A stretch of DNA of 64,000 nucleotides from Candidatus Tectimicrobiota bacterium (lineage in GTDB: Bacteria; JACPUC01), in the NCBI GenBank assembly GCA_016192455.1, contig JACPUC010000011.1:62001-126000 (forward strand), written 5' to 3'. The notes beneath the pieces are model-generated. The model was not told the DNA's origin. It was given only the letters and a program-made list of their open reading frames with translations, and ran no database searches. The stretch's first letter is position 1. Each line of letters begins with the position of its first letter. Below, piece by piece: positions 51,069-64,000 of the stretch. Both the position numbers and the translations under genes were made by a program.

Positions 51069-51118
51069 TTCTCGGCAAGCTACGGAAATCCTTACCTCTC
51101 AGCGTCGCCGCCCCGTCC

Positions 51119-51583
51119 TCACGACTTGAGCTGCACGACCATCTCCACCTCGACGGAGATATTCGAGGGCAGGGCGGCGACGCCGATGGCCGAGCGCGCG
51201 TGGCGCCCGCGCTCGCTCCAGAGCTCGACGAGCAGGTCCGAAAAGCCATTGATGACAAGGGGGGACTTCTCGAACCCTTCCGGCGCGTTCACGAAGCCGA
51301 GCACCTTGACGATGCGCTCCACCTGGTCGAGGTCGCCGACGATGGCCTTGATGTTGCCGAGGGAGTTGACGGCGCAGAGCTTCGCCGCCGCGTAGCCCTC
51401 TTCCATGCTGATGTCGCGCCCCACCTTGCCTTTGTAGACCAGGGCGCCGTCCTTGCGCGGCCCCACCCCCGAAACGAACACAAGGTTGCCGACGCGGATC
51501 GCTGGCTCATACGTGCCGGCGGCCTTCATCGGGGTGGGGAGTTTCAGACCCATGCGTTCCAGCTTTGCTTCAATTTCGCCCAT
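51119..51583 (-). CDS. RidA/YjgF superfamily protein
   Basis: 'GNLVFVSG', 'IVKVLGFVN', 'VINGFSDLL', 'GRHARSAIGVAALP...VEVE'. Confidence 0.9.
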   Translation of the reverse strand: MGEIEAKLERMGLKLPTPMKAAGTYEPAIRVGNLVFVSGVGPRKDGALVYKGKVGRDISMEEGYAAAKLCAVNSLGNIKAIVGDLDQVERIVKVLGFVNAPEGFEKSPLVINGFSDLLVELWSERGRHARSAIGVAALPSNISVEVEMVVQLKS

Positions 51584-51789
51584 GATATCCTTCCATTCTT
51601 GGTATGGCGACCGTGACGCCACTCTCCCGAAACTAACCCCAGTGTAGCAAAGTTACGGCGCCGCCGCATCCGGAAGACGCGGGGATACCCGGCCGGCTGC
51701 GACCTGACGCTGCCGCCTAGTGTTACGTCTCACAAGTTCCATCCTAAATTCGACGCCTTCTTTGTGCCATCTGCCGGGGGAAATTTTTT

Positions 51790-51882
51790 GTGGGGGACCC
51801 TTGCTCCCCCACACCCCCACTCCCCGCGAGCTGCTACGCAGCTCGCGGAGTTGGGGTGCGCGAGGGGGCGAGGCTCCCTCGC
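51790..51882. repeat. Cluster of three intergenic hairpins (REP-like)
   Basis: gtggggga...tcccccac; ccgcgagctgc-tac-gcagctcgcgg (51824-51848); gcgaggg...ccctcgc. The first hairpin recurs at 55541-55565. Confidence 0.6.
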
Positions 51883-51931
51883 AAATCTATACGATCTAAT
51901 TTGAGAAACAGCACACGAGAGACCTCGCCCC

Positions 51932-52843
51932 TCACGCGAAGAGCCAGCCCTCGGCCACCTTCACCACCTGGCCGCCGACGCGGATGGCGGTGATTTCCTC
52001 TCCGCGGCGCCGCACCTCGATGAGGATGCGGCTGGGACGCTGCATCTCGAGGCCCTGCTCGGCCACGAGGCGCGCGGTCGGCCCCTCCGGCAACAGGCCA
52101 TGCCGCGCCAGGTAGGCGCCGAGGCACCCCGAGGCGCTGCCGGTGGCCGGGTCCTCGGGCACGTTGATCCCCGGCGCGAACATGCGGGCGTGCACCTGGG
52201 CGGCGGCGGCGACCGTCTCGCGGCAGAAGGCGTACAGGAGGTTCGTCGGCAGGTCGGCGAAGATGCGCTCGAAGGCATCGAGGTTGACGCGCATCCGCTG
52301 CATCGCCTTGAGCGAGCAGACCGGCACCATGAGGAAGTGCAGGCCGGTCCAGACCACCTCCATCGGCAGGCCGGCGCCGGTGATCTCCGCCGCCGGGATG
52401 CTCAGCGCCTCGGCGACGAGGCCGGCGTCCTGGAAGACCGGGCCGTAGCGCGGCAGCTTCTGCTCCATGGTCACGAGGTCGATCCCCTGCGCTCCCCGCC
52501 GCAGCTCAACCGGGATGAGGCCGACGCCCAGCTCGAGCACCATCGTCGTCGTCTCCGCCGCCGGCTTCAGCATGCCCGCGTCGGCGAGGACGAAGGCCGT
52601 GCCCAAGGTCGGATGCCCGGCAAACGGCACCTCCCCGCCGGGCGTGAAGATGCGCACCCGCCAGTCCGCCCCCGGCGTCGAGGTGGGGAAGATGAAGGTG
52701 CTTTCGGAGTAATTCATCTCCCGCGCGATGGCGAGCATCCGCCGGTCGTCCAGCTCGCGCGCGTCGGTGAAGACCGCAAGCTGATTGCCGCCGAACGGGA
52801 CGCTGGTGAAGACGTCCACCTGGACGAAACGATACGCCGTCAT
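51932..52843 (-). CDS. PhzF-family isomerase
   Basis: 'VDVFT...GGNQLAV', 'EMNYSESTF', 'RIFTP..EVPFAGHPTLG', 'EDPATGSA', 'EQG..M.RPS'. Confidence 0.92.
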   Translation of the reverse strand: MTAYRFVQVDVFTSVPFGGNQLAVFTDARELDDRRMLAIAREMNYSESTFIFPTSTPGADWRVRIFTPGGEVPFAGHPTLGTAFVLADAGMLKPAAETTTMVLELGVGLIPVELRRGAQGIDLVTMEQKLPRYGPVFQDAGLVAEALSIPAAEITGAGLPMEVVWTGLHFLMVPVCSLKAMQRMRVNLDAFERIFADLPTNLLYAFCRETVAAAAQVHARMFAPGINVPEDPATGSASGCLGAYLARHGLLPEGPTARLVAEQGLEMQRPSRILIEVRRRGEEITAIRVGGQVVKVAEGWLFA

Positions 52844-53207
52844 TGGCAGGAGGCTCCCGATGGTGATTCCGCGCCCGCCCCGTAGCGACCGCTCCAGCGG
52901 GGCAGCATGCCCCCCGTGACGCGGCGCCTGCGTCACGGCGACCCCACCGAGGAAGCCGACGAAGAGCGAAATACACTAGGCTGGGTATATGCCATGCGCA
53001 ATAAAAAGCTAACTTGTGGTAAGCTGTGTTGGATTCTCTTACGGAATACCTGACATAGGATTGTTCCTAAGAGCCAATGCGAAATCAGCCATGTTTCTGA
53101 GCAACAGAACACCACAAATGATCGCTTAACATAAAATGTAAGTCTGAGGAGTTCGTATTCGTAAAACTTTGCTTTGCATCAACCCAGTCTATTCCCCGGC
53201 GCTCACT

Positions 53208-54869
53208 TTACGTCCATTTCAGTTCGCTGCTGCAATTCGAGCAAAACGGTTGCCTTGGCTGCACGACCGCATCACAGGTTGGGCAGTGAACCTCCTCGGG
53301 CCTCCCGAGGGATAGTTGATGTCCCATCTTTTTCTTCACCTTGGAGGCTTTCTTGAAGGTTACATTCACCTGGTTGTAGGGGGGATAGTCGATGGTCTTG
53401 CCACCCAGCAGCTCGGCCACCGTAAGTATCTGAAGCCGGGGATGCTTTCGCCAGGGTGACTCGTAGAATCCGGCCCCAGCCGCTTCCTCGCGCATTGGTT
53501 GGGTTGGCTCCTGACGGGTGAGAAGCACTCCCACCTGAGCTTTCTCTCGCTCAAGTACGCCGCGAAGGTCGCGTACATCCTTGACTGAGGTATGGCCTGA
53601 TTTCACCGACAGGACGATTTGCTTGGTCTTCCCACCAGCAGTGCCTTCGTCGTGGAAGTAGAGACGGCCATCGATACCCCGGTCGGCGCCCTTTTTCTGC
53701 TCCACGGGGCGCGCTCCAACAAGCCCCAATGCCCACCACTGGAACTGGTACGGATCTTCCTTGGCAAGGGCATCAGCATCAGGTAGGGAAACAGGCTCGC
53801 CTACTACCTTATAGGGGACCCGTGCTGGAAAAGCATCCTGCAAGCGATGCTTAATCAGCGTTATCGCCAAGTGAGTGATGTCGATTCCTACCCAGGTGCG
53901 CTGAAGCTCTTGAGCCACGGCAATGGCGGTCCCGCAACCGCAGAAGGGGTCGAGGACCGTATCACCTTCGTTGGAGCTAGCTAGGATGATCCGCTCCAAC
54001 AAGGCTTCCGGCTTTTGCGTAGGGTACCCGAGCCTTTCTCTGGCCATTGGATTGATCGCGTTAATGTCTGTCCATGTGTCATCAATCTGAACCGTCCCAC
54101 TGCTCTCTGACAAATATTGCTTATAAGACCATTTGGCTTCAGGATGTTGGGGAGGAAGTAATCTACCTTCTGACCTTAGTCTGTCGAATGTTTCTTGCGA
54201 ATAGGTTTTCAGCAAGGTCTTTCGGTATGGGCCACGTCCGTCATCATCATCCCATTTAAACCTGGCAAGGTATTCGTCGGAATATGGCTTATTGGGCTGA
54301 TTCCACTTCCAGGTTTCCCCCTCCGAACCACTATAAAACAGTATTACATCATGCGACCTAGGGAATTGTCGTGCTCGAGCCTTACTACTACCCGCGAAGG
54401 GTGTCCTCTTCCAAATGATCTCATTCCTGAAGTTTCTTGGCTGGAAAACGGCATCCATAAGAAGTTTTAGATAGTGACTTGCTGTTGGGTCGCAATGCAA
54501 GTAAACACTACCTGTTTGTTTTAAGGCGCGACGGAGCTCCACTAGGCGTGGAGCCATCATGGTTAAGTACGCCATCATATCGTTATAACCTAACAATATC
54601 CGGAAAGCCTGTATGGCTTCGGACACTTTCTGCGGGCCGCGTTCAACAATCTCGTGATAAGCGGCGGCAGCTTCCTTATCCCAGCGCCAGGTATCTTCAA
54701 AGGCCTTGATCTGAGCGGCGGCCCGGGAGCCATCCTTCTCTGCGAAAAGTACGTTGTAGGTCGCTTTACTGTTGAATGGGGGATCAAGGTAGACCAAGTC
54801 CACAGACTCATCTGGTATATACCGTCTGAGTACGTCCAGGTTGTCGCCGTAATAGAGGGTATTTTCCAT
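53208..54869 (-). CDS. N4/N6 DNA methyltransferase (beta class) fused to a Mrr-like endonuclease domain, with a C-terminal Zn-ribbon
   Basis: 'LYYGDNL', 'YLDPPFNS', 'YPTQKPEALLERII', 'VLDPFCGCGT', then 'GADRGIDG...SVKSG...VRDLRG' and finally CPTC-x10-CSNC. AT-richer than the host. Confidence 0.88.
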   Translation of the reverse strand: MENTLYYGDNLDVLRRYIPDESVDLVYLDPPFNSKATYNVLFAEKDGSRAAAQIKAFEDTWRWDKEAAAAYHEIVERGPQKVSEAIQAFRILLGYNDMMAYLTMMAPRLVELRRALKQTGSVYLHCDPTASHYLKLLMDAVFQPRNFRNEIIWKRTPFAGSSKARARQFPRSHDVILFYSGSEGETWKWNQPNKPYSDEYLARFKWDDDDGRGPYRKTLLKTYSQETFDRLRSEGRLLPPQHPEAKWSYKQYLSESSGTVQIDDTWTDINAINPMARERLGYPTQKPEALLERIILASSNEGDTVLDPFCGCGTAIAVAQELQRTWVGIDITHLAITLIKHRLQDAFPARVPYKVVGEPVSLPDADALAKEDPYQFQWWALGLVGARPVEQKKGADRGIDGRLYFHDEGTAGGKTKQIVLSVKSGHTSVKDVRDLRGVLEREKAQVGVLLTRQEPTQPMREEAAGAGFYESPWRKHPRLQILTVAELLGGKTIDYPPYNQVNVTFKKASKVKKKMGHQLSLGRPEEVHCPTCDAVVQPRQPFCSNCSSELKWT

Positions 54870-55080
54870 GTTGAACAACATCAGGGGGGATACGGCCCGG
54901 CGCCTCTCACGTACCTGGACGTTTCACTATTATCATGATACACCGTCTACAGATGTGAGTCTATTCAAAAACACCTGGGAAGCTTCTCCAGCACTACTCA
55001 GCCTCTCAAGCGGCGGCTCCCCCCGATCCTGGTGGCTTTAGCTACCACGCGGCGGGGCCGGAATTCTCCAAGGAGCGGAT

Positions 55081-55494
55081 GTGGGGAAGGATGCCCTGCT
55101 GGCGATTCGGCGTGAGATTCAGGCGGAGCAGGCCGCTTCGCTGGGTCGCTGCGGGCGGAAGCTGCAGCGGGCCTTGCGCCTCTGCGCCCGGCTCGAGCGC
55201 GACATCCGCGCCGCCGAGGAGCGCCTCGCCCGGCCCGCCGTCCCGGCCGGCTTCAACGGCTACGTCGAGCCGCGCGAGGAGCAGCAACGCCGCCTGCGCC
55301 GCCTCATCGAGCGCTTCAACGCCAGCCAGGCCGAGGCGGCCCGGCAGCACTACTACCTCATCGTGCAGCGCGAGGCGATCGGCTTCCGCAGTCACCGCGA
55401 GGTGGAGCACTGCTACGAGGTGCCGTCGCCCCGCGCCAGCCGCTTCCTCGATACTGCCCCCGCCCCTGATCTCGTCTCGCCTGTCGCAAGTTAG
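55081..55494 (+). CDS. DUF6665-like small helical protein
   Basis: 'EI.AEQAASLGR.GRKL..AL' and 'YYLIVQREAIGFRSH..V...YEVP', recognised from memory. AGGAG before the start. Confidence 0.6.
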   Translation: MGKDALLAIRREIQAEQAASLGRCGRKLQRALRLCARLERDIRAAEERLARPAVPAGFNGYVEPREEQQRRLRRLIERFNASQAEAARQHYYLIVQREAIGFRSHREVEHCYEVPSPRASRFLDTAPAPDLVSPVAS

Positions 55495-55584
55495 CTGCTC
55501 CATTCCGTGCCCGGCTGCCGGCATTGGCAGGGGGATGTCTTGGGGGAGCACCCTCGCTCCCCCACGCCGCCATTCCCCGCGATC

Positions 55585-55614
55585 CGTAGGGGCGGTTCGC
55601 GAACCGCCCCTACG
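55585..55614. repeat. GTAG-type REP palindrome
   Basis: Perfect 30-bp palindrome cgtaggggcggttcgcgaaccgcccctacg between convergent genes. The same unit is embedded in module A of the composite repeats. Confidence 0.9.
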
Positions 55615-55683
55615 ATTAGGAGTGCGCGAGGCGGCATGACTCCTTCGCGGCACGACGCGCTGATCCCCTTCCCGGCCCGCGGT

Positions 55684-56859
55684 CTACCAATCCACCAGCG
55701 CCCACGTGCCGTTGCGCACCACCATGGGGTAGGTCTGTTTGATGCCGTCGCCGTTCGGGTCCATGGAGAACTCACCAGCAAGACCCTTGAAGCCCTTCAG
55801 GTTCGCAAAGCCATCGCGAATGCGTTCGCGGTCCTTTTGCAAATCCTCCGGCCGGTTGGTCACGCCGGCGGTCTCGATGACCTGCTTCAGCATCATGATG
55901 GTGTCGTACAGGCTTGCCGCCGGAAACGGCGTCGGCACCCCGCTGCTGCGTTCCTCGTAGCGCTTCACGAAACTCTGCACCTCGGGCCGCGGGTCGCCGC
56001 GCCAGAAGTCCTGCGTGTTCATCACGCCTTCCCCGGCGGCGCCGGCCATCTGCGTGAACGCGGGGTTGGAGGAGCCGATGCCGACGTAGACCGGCTGCTT
56101 CATGCCTTGGGCGCGCATGGTGCGCACCAGGTTGGAGGTCTGCTGGTAGAAGCCGGAGATCATCACGACATCGGGGTTGTCGTTCTTGATCTTGGTCACC
56201 TGGGCGCCGAACTCCATCTCTCCCGTCTGAAAGGTGATGGACGAGATGAGCTTCAGCCCTTTCTTCGCGAGAAGAGGAGGAAACAAGCCTGTCCCCTCCA
56301 ATTTCATCACGAAATCAGCATTGTCGTACATGATCGAGGCCGTCTTGGCGGGGTATTTCAGCAGAAACTTCGTGAACGCCAGTTCCAGCCCTCGTTCAGC
56401 GGTCATGGTGGTGCGGAAGGCCCAGGGGCGGTTCTTCGCCGAGATGCCGGGAGCCGCCGAGGAGCTGGAGATGATCGGGACCGTCAGGCGGTTCGCCACC
56501 GGGAAGGCGACGTTGGCCTCGCCGCTCAGCCAGGGACCAATCATCGCCAGCACCTTGTCGCTCTCGGCCAGGCGCCTGACCATGCTGATGGATTGCTCGT
56601 TCTTGCCGCCCGTGTCGTAGACGATCATCTTCAGCGGCACGCCGCCGACGCCTCCCGAGCCGTTGATATCCTCCAGGGCGATCTGCAGGGCGGGTTGATC
56701 CTGCTGCCCGTATCTGGCCGCGAAGCCGGTGAGCGACGTCAGCAGGCCGATGGTCACCTCCTTGCCGGCAAGCTTGCCCTGCGCGGGCGGGCTGACCAGC
56801 AGCACCAGGATGAGCGGCAGAACGAAGCCCAGCGCCATGGTACGGAGTGGGTGCCTCAT
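55684..56859 (-). CDS. Orphan HAAT ABC substrate-binding protein
   Basis: GAGGAGG RBS, signal peptide, 'IGLLTSLTG', 'DINGSGGVGG', 'PWAFRT', 'FKGLAGEFSMD'. Confidence 0.88.
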   Translation of the reverse strand: MRHPLRTMALGFVLPLILVLLVSPPAQGKLAGKEVTIGLLTSLTGFAARYGQQDQPALQIALEDINGSGGVGGVPLKMIVYDTGGKNEQSISMVRRLAESDKVLAMIGPWLSGEANVAFPVANRLTVPIISSSSAAPGISAKNRPWAFRTTMTAERGLELAFTKFLLKYPAKTASIMYDNADFVMKLEGTGLFPPLLAKKGLKLISSITFQTGEMEFGAQVTKIKNDNPDVVMISGFYQQTSNLVRTMRAQGMKQPVYVGIGSSNPAFTQMAGAAGEGVMNTQDFWRGDPRPEVQSFVKRYEERSSGVPTPFPAASLYDTIMMLKQVIETAGVTNRPEDLQKDRERIRDGFANLKGFKGLAGEFSMDPNGDGIKQTYPMVVRNGTWALVDW

Positions 56860-57489
56860 GTTCCTCCTCCTCTGTCAAGGTGCCTTGCCGGTAAAATGCC
56901 GCGCCGCGCGCCCGCCGCGCGCAGTATCCGCCGTGACACGCCGCATCCAGCCCGCCGCCAGGCAGGCGGGCTAGAACCCATGCGCTTGACCGGAAGCATT
57001 GGGCCCGAGGCGCAACGCCTCGCGGGGCCGCGCCGACATGGGCGACGGCGCGCTCGAGCCGCCTGGCGGCGCCTCTCGCGGCAAGCGGGTCCCCCCTCTT
57101 GGAGCAGAATAATCTCTTCACTCTTCCAGGGTCAACACCCCCGCGGCCTACGATCAGCCAAGGCCAAGAACAAAGCCGCCTGTCCGTCGCCGGCGTTGCG
57201 ACCCACCCTCCGCGCCGATAAGTCCATGGAGCGCCGCTGCCGCGAGGCGCGCCGCGCCGCGCCTCAACGCCCAGAGGGAGAAACGCCCTCTCAAACGCTC
57301 GTCTCCAAACACTCTTGACTGTACCCCTCTCCCCATCGCCCAGCAGAGAAACTCAACCGCGACGTAACAGCGAAAGCCTTTCGTTGTCCACGAAAGCGGC
57401 GGGACTTCGGTAATGACCGGGAGCGGACGCACCCTAAGCCGCCGCGCGTATCCTCCAAGGATCGGCGCGGGGAACAACGGGGAGGAGGA

Positions 57490-63600
<6,111 letters not shown>

Positions 63601-64000
63601 ACGGCTCTCCTTTTCCCAGACCTTGCTGGGGCGGAGCTCCTTGGGTGTGTCCTCTCTTAACCGGCTTTTCCCAGACGCCCCTTGACTTGCCACCTCTCCG
63701 ATCTTTCTCATCGTCATGAGATCGCCATCGCCGGCAACATGCAAGCTCTTGACGATCATTGTTGTCCACCAACCTCCTTGAGCGCCGCCCGGCACATTCT
63801 TTCAACCTTTACCCCCATGATGCCTCGTTTCTTGTAAGAGCAAAGGATACGCCGACCTTCGTCAGGGATACGGCGATAGACGTTTCCGGTCATCATAGCG
63901 TTATCCCGTTGGCGGTAAAGGTGTCAGCACCTACAACCAGCGGATACGCTCCATGCTTGCTATGAACAACTCCCGCGGGACCGCCGCCTCCCGTCCGCCG

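Noticed and set aside
52933..53200. Small ORFs in the AT-rich patch downstream of the methyltransferase
   Set aside because: They are short, lack an RBS or motif, and are probably decayed foreign DNA.
57350..57489. c-di-GMP or c-di-AMP riboswitch-like hairpins
   Set aside because: Only fragments resemble the consensus. The ctttcgt/acgaaag hairpin may simply be a weak terminator for the large gene.

Overview
This is a GC-rich bacterial chromosomal segment dominated by small-solute uptake and catabolism. It carries three LivHMGF-type (HAAT) ABC membrane/ATPase sets, one NitT/TauT-type set, eight substrate-binding proteins and two acyl-CoA ligases. Other enzymes are UbiD-, LLM-, cyclase-, FlK-thioesterase-, RidA- and PhzF-family proteins, a deoxyhypusine-synthase-like protein and an atypical M29-like/M24-like pair. 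Also present are a stand-alone family B DNA polymerase, TonB-like, TerC-PGPGW and TMTC-like TPR proteins, tRNA-Ser(GCT), a HigBA-type toxin-antitoxin pair, an 18 x 22-aa repeat protein, a ~2000-aa secreted TSP3-repeat protein and a perfect parS palindrome. Three AT-richer islets carry restriction-modification genes or remnants. The most distinctive non-coding signal is a modular composite of different hairpin (REP-like) elements joined by a conserved GTGGTTGATTT(C/T)ACG motif. It occurs at 4.3-4.8 kb, inverted with a duplicated module at 47.5-48.3 kb, and as a decayed copy inside the first liv operon. I saw no CRISPR array, integrase, transposase or reverse transcriptase. All calls come from motif recognition by eye; no searches were run.
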